Of a stretch of DNA of 64,000 nt, positions 53,012-62,198 are shown piece after piece. Source of the stretch: Bacteroidales bacterium (GTDB lineage Bacteria > Bacteroidota > Bacteroidia > Bacteroidales > ML635J-15). Location: assembly GCA_027858835.1 (NCBI GenBank), contig JAQIBY010000040.1, forward strand, positions 2,382 through 66,381, given 5' to 3'. How positions within the stretch are numbered: position 1 is the first letter of the stretch; each line of letters starts with the position of its first letter. The notes under the pieces were generated by a model. That model ran no database searches. It worked only from the letters and a program-made list of their open reading frames with translations, and was not told the origin of the DNA. A program made the position numbers and the translations under genes.

Positions 53012-54895
53012 ATGAAACGTATAATCTCAATCTTAATTCTTAGCTTTTTGACAGTCGCCCTATATGCGGCAAGTATTAATGGGACCGTAAAAAACAAAAA
53101 AGGAGAGCAAATCTCCGGTGCTGAAGTCAGTTTATTGCAATCCGGGAAACAAATTGCAAAAACACAAACTGATATAAACGGAGTTTTTACTTTTGCTAAT
53201 CTTAACCCGGGACATTATAATATATATGCAGAAAAAAGCGGATATGAAAAAAGTCTACCCCAAAGCCTGATAATTACAGACAATTCTGAAAAAACCATCA
53301 ATTTTGTGCTAAAACCTATTAATATTAAGCCCGTTAAAGAAGAAGTCGTGCTTGAAGTATTAAGTGTTGTGGAGGATGATGCCGAAATGTCGGTTTCTTA
53401 CTCTGGTGTGTCGCAAAATAATCAATATGGAAATGCAAAACGAAACCGAAGCTTAGGAGGTTACAATTATGATCAACCTGCTGTTCAGCACAATACCGAA
53501 GACTACAGTTTAATTGAAGAGAATCGCTTTCATTCAGCAAAAGACAAGCCCTTATCTACATTTTCAATTGATGTTGACAAAGCATCTTATGCAAATGTGC
53601 GTCGGTTTATTAACCAAAATCAAATGCCACCAAAAGATGCTGTCAGAGTTGAAGAATTAATTAATTATTTTAGTTACGATTATCCACAACCAACCGATGG
53701 CCATCCTTTTGCATCACACCTCGAATATGGCGATTGCCCATGGAATGAGAACCACAAATTGCTGATGATCGGTCTTAAAGGCGAGGAAATTGAAAATGAA
53801 GATGTTCCAGCTTCAAACATCGTTTTCCTACTTGATGTTTCAGGATCAATGAATAATCCAAACAAACTCCCATTGCTAAAAAGATCTTTTGAAATCCTCA
53901 TTGAAAAATTACGTCCCGAAGACAGAGTTGCAATTGTCGTGTATGCAGGAAATGCAGGCGCAGTTTTGGAATCAACTCCCGGAAACGAAAAAGATAAAAT
54001 TAAATTAGCATTAAATAATCTTAGTGCCGGAGGATCAACAGCAGGAGGTGAAGGAATTCAGCTTGCATATAAAATTGCAAAAGAAAATTTCATTCAGAAT
54101 GGAAATAATCGTGTAATTCTTGCAACTGATGGAGATTTTAACATTGGAGCAAGCAGCGATGCAGAACTAGTAAGAATGATTGAGGAAAAACGAGATGACG
54201 GGATATTTCTCACTATCCTCGGGTTCGGTATGGGAAATTATAAAGACAACAAAATGGAGCAACTTTCAAACAAAGGAAACGGGAACTATGCCTACATTGA
54301 CAATATTCTGGAAGCGAAAAAAATGTTTGCCGATGAATTATGGGGTACATTATATACCATCGCAAAAGACGTGAAAATTCAAATCGAATTCAATCCGAAT
54401 GTTGTAGAATCGTACCGTTTAATCGGATATGAAAATCGCTTATTGAACGATGAAGATTTTAATGATGATAAAAAAGATGCTGGCGAAATTGGTGCAGGGC
54501 ACACTGTAACAGCCCTTTATGAAATCATACCCACAGGAAGCAATGAAAAAACTGGCGATGTGGATGATTTAATTTATCAAAGCAGAAAACTTAAAAACTC
54601 TGCGGATTTATTGACATTAAAACTCCGCTATAAAGCACCAGATGAAAACACAAGCCGTTTATTAACCGAAGCCGTAAAAGCAAAACCGGTTTCAGAATCT
54701 GCTTTAAGTGAAAATTTCAAACTGGCATCTGCGGCGGCGATGTACGGAATGTTGCTGAGAAACAGTGAACACAAAGCAAACGCGAGTTGGGAAAAGGCTC
54801 TTGAATATGCAAAAGCTGCTAAAGGAGAGGACAAATTCGGATATCGAGCTGAGTTTATAACACTCATGCAAAAAGCAGAATACCTCTCAAAATAA
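53012..54895 (+). CDS. von Willebrand factor type A domain protein (YfbK-like) with N-terminal carboxypeptidase-regulatory-like domain
   Basis: 627 aa. Signal peptide, INGTVKNKKGEQISGAEVSL, the vWA MIDAS motif FLLDVSGSM...GGSTAGG...ATDGDFN, and a C-terminal DUF3520-like region. Confidence 0.8.
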   Translation: MKRIISILILSFLTVALYAASINGTVKNKKGEQISGAEVSLLQSGKQIAKTQTDINGVFTFANLNPGHYNIYAEKSGYEKSLPQSLIITDNSEKTINFVLKPINIKPVKEEVVLEVLSVVEDDAEMSVSYSGVSQNNQYGNAKRNRSLGGYNYDQPAVQHNTEDYSLIEENRFHSAKDKPLSTFSIDVDKASYANVRRFINQNQMPPKDAVRVEELINYFSYDYPQPTDGHPFASHLEYGDCPWNENHKLLMIGLKGEEIENEDVPASNIVFLLDVSGSMNNPNKLPLLKRSFEILIEKLRPEDRVAIVVYAGNAGAVLESTPGNEKDKIKLALNNLSAGGSTAGGEGIQLAYKIAKENFIQNGNNRVILATDGDFNIGASSDAELVRMIEEKRDDGIFLTILGFGMGNYKDNKMEQLSNKGNGNYAYIDNILEAKKMFADELWGTLYTIAKDVKIQIEFNPNVVESYRLIGYENRLLNDEDFNDDKKDAGEIGAGHTVTALYEIIPTGSNEKTGDVDDLIYQSRKLKNSADLLTLKLRYKAPDENTSRLLTEAVKAKPVSESALSENFKLASAAAMYGMLLRNSEHKANASWEKALEYAKAAKGEDKFGYRAEFITLMQKAEYLSK

Positions 54896-54903
54896 AAATA
54901 AGA

Positions 54904-54927
54904 ATCCGGCTTAGTCCGGATTTTTTT
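54904..54927 (+). terminator. Rho-independent terminator after the vWA gene
   Basis: atccgg-cttagt-ccggat followed by a T-run. Confidence 0.6.
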
Positions 54928-55020
54928 AATTTAGAAATCATTGCATTAAAAAAAAACATTTTAATTTTTCGGCATCAAGTTTGTTTTGTATCTTTATTGT
55001 AAATTTAAAAAGACAAAACT

Positions 55021-55683
55021 ATGTTACGTAATTTATTACTCTCGCTCATTATTATTGTATTGACAATACCTGCAATGGCACAAAAACTTGAAGTCACAGA
55101 AACTAACAGTAAATTCGACAAAACAAGTCGTCCTGCACTTATGGTTGAAATTCCTTATGCCGACCAATCAAATGTAGAAAAGGAATGGAAAAAGTTAATG
55201 AAAGATTACAATCCCGAAAAATTTAAAAGTCGAAAAGAAATGTTTGCTGATAATGCAACTATTGATCGCCTTTCAGAAAACACAGTCGATGTTTATGCTA
55301 AAGTCGATGAGAAAAAAGACATTGTTACGCTTTTTGTTGCTGTTGATCTTGGAGGAGCTTTCCTTAGTTCATCAGATGGTGATAAAATGCAGGTCATGAA
55401 AGGGATTGTAAGGGATTTTGCAGTCAACTTTGTTAAAAATGTTTACGACGAAAAAATTAAGGAACAGGGAAAAAATGTAGAAGACCTCCAAAAAGAATTG
55501 AAAAACACTAAAGACAATAAAGACCATCTTGAAAAAGAAATAGAATCCTATCAGGAAAAAATTGAAAACAATAAATTAGAAATTGAAAACCTAACGAAGT
55601 CCATTGAAGATCAGAACAAAAAACTAAAGGACGAAGAAAAAGTTTTGGATGAGATTAAAAAAGAGGCATCAAAAATAAAGTAA
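55021..55683 (+). CDS. Hypothetical secreted protein with C-terminal coiled coil
   Basis: 220 aa. Signal peptide and a K/E-rich heptad-like C-terminal third (KEIESYQEKIENNKLEIENLTKSIEDQNKKLKDEEK). Confidence 0.55.
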   Translation: MLRNLLLSLIIIVLTIPAMAQKLEVTETNSKFDKTSRPALMVEIPYADQSNVEKEWKKLMKDYNPEKFKSRKEMFADNATIDRLSENTVDVYAKVDEKKDIVTLFVAVDLGGAFLSSSDGDKMQVMKGIVRDFAVNFVKNVYDEKIKEQGKNVEDLQKELKNTKDNKDHLEKEIESYQEKIENNKLEIENLTKSIEDQNKKLKDEEKVLDEIKKEASKIK

Positions 55684-55688
55684 GTTTT

Positions 55689-55696
55689 TACCTTTG
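55689..55696 (+). promoter_or_regulatory. -7 promoter box (TACCTTTG) upstream of purQ
   Basis: Lies 26 nt upstream of the ATG at 55723. Confidence 0.4.
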
Positions 55697-55722
55697 TCAT
55701 CAAAATCGCAACGCAAACAAAC

Positions 55723-56424
55723 ATGAAATTTGGTGTAATTATTTTTCCGGGATCGAATTGTGACCATGACATGGTCTATGTTTTACGAGATAAATTAAAT
55801 CAGGAGGTCGTTGAGCTTTGGCACAAAGATACTGACCTGCAGTCTGTTGACGCAATTATGTTGCCTGGGGGATTTTCCTACGGTGATTATTTGCGTTCCG
55901 GAGCCATAGCCCGTTATTCCCCAATTATGGAATCCGTCATTGAATTTGCCAATAATGGCGGGTTTGTTTTTGGAGTGTGCAATGGTTTTCAGGTGCTTTG
56001 TGAAACCGGATTATTGCCGGGAGCTTTGCTGCATAACAATGATCAAAAGTTTATCTGCAAAAATCAGCACATTATTGCCGAGCAAAAGCACAGTGCACTC
56101 ACAGAATATGTGCCGAACGGGAAAATTCTGACAATCCCGATTGCCCACGGTGAAGGCAGATATTATGCTCCGAAAGATGTACTTGCTGACATGATGCAAA
56201 ATCATCAAATTATTTTTAGATACACGAATGAAGACGGCGATCTTTCAGAAGATGGAAATCCAAACGGTTCAAGTATGAATATCGCTGGAGTTTGTAATCT
56301 TACCGGAAATGTGTTCGGTATGATGCCGCATCCGGAACGTGCCGCCGATGAAGATTTGGGTAATACTGACGGGTTAATGATTCTTCATTCGATTATCCAT
56401 CATCTTGAGTCGAAGAAGGCTTAA
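55723..56424 (+). CDS. purQ: Phosphoribosylformylglycinamidine synthase, glutaminase subunit
   Basis: 233 aa. KFGVIIFPGSNCDHD, GVCNGFQ (catalytic Cys) and MMPHPER motifs. Confidence 0.9.
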   Translation: MKFGVIIFPGSNCDHDMVYVLRDKLNQEVVELWHKDTDLQSVDAIMLPGGFSYGDYLRSGAIARYSPIMESVIEFANNGGFVFGVCNGFQVLCETGLLPGALLHNNDQKFICKNQHIIAEQKHSALTEYVPNGKILTIPIAHGEGRYYAPKDVLADMMQNHQIIFRYTNEDGDLSEDGNPNGSSMNIAGVCNLTGNVFGMMPHPERAADEDLGNTDGLMILHSIIHHLESKKA

Positions 56425-57490
56425 TTCGCATTATTTCTGATTGTAATCGAATGGCCTCTTTATGAATCGATTGCAAAAGTTTTAAGACATATGATCTGGA
56501 AAGATTATTTGTTTCTGCATAATCTAATCGTGTTTGCAAAATCGACTCCCAACGCTGTAATTGCAATATATTAACATTCATTTCTGATTTGCATTTTGCA
56601 ATTCCTTTAATGATATCCTGTCGCTGAGACAATAAATCAATTAACTGATAATCAATGTGATCAATCTCTTTGCGAAGCTGCTCGATGCGTGAAAGATAAG
56701 CATGGTCAATAAACTGATTATCTCGAATGGAAAGCTGTTTCAGCAAAGTGTTAAGCTCAGAAGGAAACATTTGTTGAGACCTGTCTGTCAAAGCAACCTT
56801 CGGGTTTTCATGAACTTCTATCATTAAACCCGCCATGTTTAAATCCATTGCATGTTGGGAAATGGTTTCTATATGATTGGTTTTCCCTGCAATATGACTC
56901 GGGTCGCAAATTATCGGCAAATCTTTATGTCGTAACTGCAACTCTATCGGGATTTCCCACAAAGGTAAATTCCTAAACGCAGATTTCTCAAATGGATAAA
57001 ACCCTCTATGCACAGCTGCCAAATCTCGGACTCCGGCGTCATAAAAACGCTGTATCGCACCACACCACAAATCAATATCCGGATGTAAAGGGTTTTTTAT
57101 CATCACCTTTACGTCCTGACCTTTTACTGCCTCTGCAATTTCCTGAACATAAATCGGACTACCTGTTGTTCTGGCGCCTATCCATAAAACATCAATGCCG
57201 GCATCAATCGCTTTTTTCGCATGATTAGCAGTCGCTACCTCTGTCGCAATCAGTAATCCGGTTTCCTGCTTTACTTTTTGCAACCATTTCAATCCTTTAT
57301 CGCCTGCACCTTCAAATTGCCCGGGCTTAGTTCTCGGTTTCCAAATACCGGCTCTGAAAATTTTTACAGCATCTAATTCTGTGAGGGCTGTCGCTGTATT
57401 TAAAACCTGCATCTCTGATTCCGCACTACAAGGGCCTGCAATTATTAGTGGCCGCTTCATGCTATGAAAATATCCTTGAACCAAATTCAT
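56393..57490 (-). CDS. Bifunctional 3-deoxy-7-phosphoheptulonate (DAHP) synthase (type I-beta) / chorismate mutase
   Basis: 365 aa. The N-terminal KDO8P-synthase-like DAHPS has IIAGPCSAES and ICDPSH. The C-terminal AroQ chorismate mutase has RKEIDHIDYQLIDLLSQR. An alternative start is the ATG at 57460 (MKRPLII...). Confidence 0.85.
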   Translation of the reverse strand: MNLVQGYFHSMKRPLIIAGPCSAESEMQVLNTATALTELDAVKIFRAGIWKPRTKPGQFEGAGDKGLKWLQKVKQETGLLIATEVATANHAKKAIDAGIDVLWIGARTTGSPIYVQEIAEAVKGQDVKVMIKNPLHPDIDLWCGAIQRFYDAGVRDLAAVHRGFYPFEKSAFRNLPLWEIPIELQLRHKDLPIICDPSHIAGKTNHIETISQHAMDLNMAGLMIEVHENPKVALTDRSQQMFPSELNTLLKQLSIRDNQFIDHAYLSRIEQLRKEIDHIDYQLIDLLSQRQDIIKGIAKCKSEMNVNILQLQRWESILQTRLDYAETNNLSRSYVLKLLQSIHKEAIRLQSEIMRIKPSSTQDDG

Positions 57491-57618
57491 AAATCCAATT
57501 TTTTACAAATTACGGCAATTATTACAGAACTCAAGACAGAAAGTTAAAAATATCTGTTTATTATCGAATGAAAAACTGTAACTTTATGCCGAAAATGTAA
57601 ACAAAAACAACGCAAGCT

Positions 57619-58641
57619 ATGCCATCTCGTATCATCACATTAAATGAAGTCATTATTCAAAAACAATCTGCTTTTCCTTATGCCAAAGGAGAATTAAGCC
57701 GATTGTTAAGCCATATCGGACTGGCAGCAAAAATTGTTGCGAAAAAAATCAATAAAGCCGGACTAGTAAACATTCTTGGCGATTCAAAAAATGTAAACGT
57801 GCAAGGTGAAAATCAGCAAAAGCTGGATGTTTTTGCAAACGAAGTGTTCATTAACACCATGCGTGCAAGCGGAATTTGTGTCGGAATTACCTCTGAGGAG
57901 AATGATGAAATGGTGCTTTTTGATGATGATTTGTCACTCGACGGGAAATATATCATTTGCATGGATCCCCTTGACGGCTCATCAAATATTGATGTGAACG
58001 TTTCAATCGGAACAATTTTCTCAATTTACCGACGCGTTTCCTCTAGAGGGGAAAAAGCAACACTTGAAGATTTTCTACAACCGGGAAATAAACAAGTAGC
58101 TGCCGGATATGTCCTTTATGGGTCATCAACTATGATGGTCTATTCCACAGGACTTGGCACAACCGGATTTACACTCGACAACACAATCGGAGAGTTTTGC
58201 TTATCACATCCCTACATGGTAACTCCAAAACAAGGGAAAATCTTTTCAGTAAACCAAGGGAATTTCATAAACTTTCCACGAGGCACAAAAGAATACATTA
58301 AATATTGTCAGGAAAAAGATGAAGCCACAAACCGTCCGTATTCAGCGAGATATATTGGTTCACTTGTGGCCGATTTCCATAGAAATTTGATGAAAGGCGG
58401 AATATTTATGTACCCGACTACGGGAAGTGCTCCAACAGGAAAACTCAGATTGCTTTACGAATGTAATCCCATTGCATTTCTTGCCGAACAAGCTGGCGGA
58501 TTGGCAACCGACGGATTAGGAAACCGCATTTTGGACATCCAACCAACAGACATTCACCAGCGTGTGCCATTTTATACCGGATCAAAAGATATGGTGCAAA
58601 GAGCGGAAGAGTTTATGGAAGAATACAAGGATGAAAAATAA
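57619..58641 (+). CDS. fbp: Class 1 fructose-1,6-bisphosphatase
   Basis: 340 aa with [12 protein letters not shown] and GKLRLLYE motifs. Confidence 0.9.
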   Translation: MPSRIITLNEVIIQKQSAFPYAKGELSRLLSHIGLAAKIVAKKINKAGLVNILGDSKNVNVQGENQQKLDVFANEVFINTMRASGICVGITSEENDEMVLFDDDLSLDGKYIICMDPLDGSSNIDVNVSIGTIFSIYRRVSSRGEKATLEDFLQPGNKQVAAGYVLYGSSTMMVYSTGLGTTGFTLDNTIGEFCLSHPYMVTPKQGKIFSVNQGNFINFPRGTKEYIKYCQEKDEATNRPYSARYIGSLVADFHRNLMKGGIFMYPTTGSAPTGKLRLLYECNPIAFLAEQAGGLATDGLGNRILDIQPTDIHQRVPFYTGSKDMVQRAEEFMEEYKDEK

Positions 58642-58723
58642 GCGATTAAAAGCAAATTCCTCATCAATAGTTAAACTGGCAAAATAATCATTCAAAAAGT
58701 TTTCATTTTGTGAATCAAAAGAT

Positions 58724-58731
58724 TATCTTTG
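58724..58731 (+). promoter_or_regulatory. -7 promoter box (TATCTTTG) upstream of rpsP
   Basis: Lies 43 nt upstream of the ATG at 58775. The context gattatctttgcagccc resembles ggattttctttgcagtccc upstream of tRNA-Glu (49962-49980). Confidence 0.4.
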
Positions 58732-58774
58732 CAGCCCTGTTTAAAAATTAGTATTAATAACTAAAGTAAAATTT

Positions 58775-59410
58775 ATGTCAGTAAAGCTTAGATTAGCACG
58801 ACACGGTAGAAAAAGACTTCCTTTCTATCACATAGTTGTCGCAGATAGCAGGGCACCACGAGATGGTAAGTATATTGAGCGGATTGGTTCTTACACTCCG
58901 GTTACTACACCTGCCACTATTGAGCTGGATTTCGAGAAAGCACTCGAGTGGCTTCAAAAAGGTGCCAAACCTTCAGATACTGTAAGGGCTATCCTATCAC
59001 AGGAAGGCGTATTAATGAAAAAACACCTGCTCGAAGGAGTGAAAAAAGCTGCGTTCGATGAGGCTGAAGCAGATCGTCGTTATGAAATCTGGATGAAAGA
59101 CAAAGAACTCAAACTGAAAGCGGATCAAGATAAACTTGTGGAAGCCAAAGATGCTGAGAAAAAATCCAAATTTGACGCTGAAGCTAAAGTGCGCGAAGAA
59201 CGCGAAAAAGTAATCGCTGAACGTCTTGCAAAAGTTGAAGCGGAACGCAAAGAGGCTGAAGATGCTGCTAAAGCAGAAGCCGAAGCTGCGGCTCAACCTG
59301 TAGAAGAAAAGGAAGAAAAAGCTGAAGAAAAAACAGAAGAAGCTCCAAAAGAAGAAGCCCCAAAGGCTGAGGATAAAGAGGAAGCTTCTGACGAAAAAAC
59401 TGAAAAATAG
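58775..59410 (+). CDS. rpsP: 30S ribosomal protein S16 with long K/E/A-rich C-terminal extension
   Basis: 211 aa. MSVKLRLARHGRKRLPFYHIVVADSRAPRDGKYIERIGSYTP is the S16 core. About 120 aa of low-complexity tail follows. Confidence 0.9.
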   Translation: MSVKLRLARHGRKRLPFYHIVVADSRAPRDGKYIERIGSYTPVTTPATIELDFEKALEWLQKGAKPSDTVRAILSQEGVLMKKHLLEGVKKAAFDEAEADRRYEIWMKDKELKLKADQDKLVEAKDAEKKSKFDAEAKVREEREKVIAERLAKVEAERKEAEDAAKAEAEAAAQPVEEKEEKAEEKTEEAPKEEAPKAEDKEEASDEKTEK

Positions 59411-59428
59411 TTTGTGCTTGTTTTAACA

Positions 59429-59965
59429 ATGATTCAACGTGCTGATTTTGTAGAGATCGGATATTTGAAGAAGCTGACCGGTACCGACGGAACATTTTTG
59501 TTAAAACTTAAAGTAAAACAAACAAGTAATTGGTTTTTAACTGAAAAGGAACCGATTTTCATTGAAATAGATGGAAATCTGGTTCCTTTTTTTATGGATA
59601 ATATTAAACAACACGAAAGTGAACCTGTCATCCATTTTGATTCCATCTTAAGCAGAGAGAAAGCAGCAGATTTTTTAGAAAAGCCCTGCTTTTACAACAA
59701 AAAACAGCTCACAAACGCAGACAGCACCCCAGACATTGAAAATCTCAACGGATATACCCTAATTGACAAATCTGCCGGCGTAGAATTTAAAATCTCAAAT
59801 GTCAATTTAATCCCCGGAAATCCAATTTTGGAAATTATGTTTGAAGACACAAGCATTGATATCCCGCTAATCACCGAGGCAATTCTATCTTACGATATCG
59901 AAAAAAAAATTATTCAAACTGAATATCCCGAAGGCTTATTGCAAAGTCTGTTGGATATGGAGTAA
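59429..59965 (+). CDS. rimM: 16S rRNA processing protein RimM
   Basis: The track start at 59414 is GTG. The ATG at 59429 gives MIQRADFVEIGYLKKLTGTDGTF, RimM-like. This is the conserved rpsP-rimM order. Confidence 0.8.
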   Translation: MIQRADFVEIGYLKKLTGTDGTFLLKLKVKQTSNWFLTEKEPIFIEIDGNLVPFFMDNIKQHESEPVIHFDSILSREKAADFLEKPCFYNKKQLTNADSTPDIENLNGYTLIDKSAGVEFKISNVNLIPGNPILEIMFEDTSIDIPLITEAILSYDIEKKIIQTEYPEGLLQSLLDME

Positions 59966-60083
59966 TACCTTCCTACTAAAAAACACAATTGAATTTTACT
60001 GCAAAAAAAATCCAGCCAATTCTCAAGGAAATCGCTTGGTGTCTCAACAAATAGACTTCGGTTACAAATTCAGTATTTTTTTT

Positions 60084-60289
60084 CACTGTTGTCCGGTAAA
60101 ACCATACAGATTTCTCCCTTCGGTCGAAATGACGCGGCTTTCAGAGTATTTGGAAGTGGAGGGACTTGGTGGCGGCTTCGCCGCCACCAAGTCCCTCCAC
60201 AACGACATAACACCTTGTCATTCCGAACCGCTAGCCAGCGGTGAGGAATCTCATCAATTTTAATTTATTATATCATTTTTAGCGGACAA
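60084..60289. repeat. Nested-palindrome MITE-like element, copy 3 (full length, ~206 bp)
   Basis: Terminal inverted repeats cactgttgtccggtaaaa and tttttagcggacaa. The central hairpin at 60156-60200 is perfect (21-bp stem, gtggagggacttggtggcggc-ttc-gccgccaccaagtccctccac). The sub-hairpin accgc-tagcca-gcggt lies in the right arm. Confidence 0.8.
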
Positions 60290-60382
60290 TAATTATAAAA
60301 TTAGAAACATAAGGCAACCATTACAAATAATTCCGTCTTTTTATTAAGAAAAAATCAATTAAATAAATAAAACCACTAAACC

Positions 60383-62149
60383 ATGAAAAAAATTGCAGTT
60401 ATTATTTTGAGTAGTCTGTTATGCTACGGACTTTTTGCACAAACATTAAATATTGACTTGGGATATATACCGGCAACTGCTGAAAGTCAATGTACTGGTA
60501 AAGTATGGGTGCAGGTTGCCGGCGGGGTTGCGCCTTACACATTTGAATGGAATAACGGTGAAACCGCAACGTATCAGGAAAATCTTTGTTTAGGAACATA
60601 TAGTGTGACAGTAACTGATGCATCAGATGCTACCGCCGAAACAAGTGTTGAGTTTTCAACCTCATCACAAATAATAATTCCATTAAATGGGAATACATCG
60701 GCCATTTCAAGTCTATATCAACAATGTGACGGAACAGTTAACGTGTATGCATATGGAGGAATTACACCATATGAATATCAAATCTTTGATGCAACTACCG
60801 GTTTACTTATTTCAGAATCAAATTCCTTAACAGATATATGCTCAGGGGAATATTATGCAGTTTGTATAGATGCAAATAATGGAATATATTTCAATCCTTT
60901 CACCGTCGGTGTTGAATATATCAGACTTACTCCCACGCAATATCCAGGATCATATCCGATAAATCAACCAGCAACATTTGAGGTTGCAGGAGAACCACCA
61001 TTCACAGTGAACATAACTAGCAACAGTAGCAATCCTCAGTCTTATACAATTGAAACGACAACCGACCAAATTGCATACACTCCTCTATATAGCGAGTTTT
61101 ACAACATTCAACTTACCGACAATCTTGGGAATGAGGATCAGGAAAGCTTCTGCGCATATGACGAAGTGAATTTGATGAATCTTTCATCAACACCTGCATC
61201 AAACGGTTGCGATGGGATGATAATAAGTTCAAATCCAGTTGATGTAATAATGAATTACGAAGTTTCACCAAACGTATTTAACTCTATTCATGTCGAAAAT
61301 GGAACATTGTGTCCAGGAGAATATCTAGCCATAGTACAGGATGCATTTTGCCCATCAGTTATGAATGAAACACCGATTATTATTACAGGCCCACAATATG
61401 ACTATCCTCAAGTTAATGTTTTTTCATCAAACACGATCTACAATATTTGTACTGGAATGGCATGGCTTGAAGTCGAAGGAGGAACCTCGCCATATCAATA
61501 TAATTGGATAAATTACTCATCAAATACCACCGATTTTATTGACAACTTATGTAGTGGTAATTTATTTGTCAAGGTTACAAATGCAAACAATGTCTGGTCA
61601 ATCGGACATACCTTTATTGAATCGGATTTACCCGAAACTGAACCCGGAGACACACTTTCCGCCTCACAAGATGAATGTATTGATAATATTACCTCAAGCT
61701 ATATTTATGCCTACACAGTTAATGATTCAAATGTTATTGTTACTTGGGCAATTGAACACGATGGTACGACTACATATCTTGACGTGACATACAATTATGT
61801 AATTACACTCCCAGGTGTTTACAATGTTGAATTGATTTTAAATTGTCAAGGAGGGAAAAGCACCGTTCATCTTATCACAGAACTTAATATTTCACTGACT
61901 GGTATTAATAATGACAAAAACAATGAAATTAATATTTATCCTAACCCGGTAAATGACATGCTTAATATCAGCTTAACCGAAACGGTAGAAAGTTTAGAAA
62001 TTACATCAATTTCCGGAGCAATTATCAGCAAGTTTAAAGCAAACGGCACACAAATGACATTTAATGTATCAGATCTTAGTACCGGAGTTTACATGATTCG
62101 GTTTATTAATTCTGATGGCTCAACAATTATTAAGAAATTCATTAAATAA
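60383..62149 (+). CDS. Secreted protein with SprB-type repeats and T9SS type-A C-terminal sorting domain
   Basis: 588 aa. Signal peptide, repeats of C.G...V.V.GG..PY.(F/Y).W(N/I)N, and a C-terminus INIYPNPVNDMLNISL...GVYMIRFINSDGSTIIKKFIK. Confidence 0.75.
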   Translation: MKKIAVIILSSLLCYGLFAQTLNIDLGYIPATAESQCTGKVWVQVAGGVAPYTFEWNNGETATYQENLCLGTYSVTVTDASDATAETSVEFSTSSQIIIPLNGNTSAISSLYQQCDGTVNVYAYGGITPYEYQIFDATTGLLISESNSLTDICSGEYYAVCIDANNGIYFNPFTVGVEYIRLTPTQYPGSYPINQPATFEVAGEPPFTVNITSNSSNPQSYTIETTTDQIAYTPLYSEFYNIQLTDNLGNEDQESFCAYDEVNLMNLSSTPASNGCDGMIISSNPVDVIMNYEVSPNVFNSIHVENGTLCPGEYLAIVQDAFCPSVMNETPIIITGPQYDYPQVNVFSSNTIYNICTGMAWLEVEGGTSPYQYNWINYSSNTTDFIDNLCSGNLFVKVTNANNVWSIGHTFIESDLPETEPGDTLSASQDECIDNITSSYIYAYTVNDSNVIVTWAIEHDGTTTYLDVTYNYVITLPGVYNVELILNCQGGKSTVHLITELNISLTGINNDKNNEINIYPNPVNDMLNISLTETVESLEITSISGAIISKFKANGTQMTFNVSDLSTGVYMIRFINSDGSTIIKKFIK

Positions 62150-62198
62150 GGATCTTTAATTATAAACTTCTCCAAAGTCAGTACTTTGGAGAAGTTTA

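Noticed and set aside
53012-55683. The vWA protein plus the adjacent coiled-coil protein as a candidate defence or ternary system
   Set aside because: The vWA protein has the common secreted YfbK-like architecture (signal peptide, CarboxypepD_reg, vWA, DUF3520-like). No ATPase, protease or nuclease partner is present, and a terminator separates the two genes.
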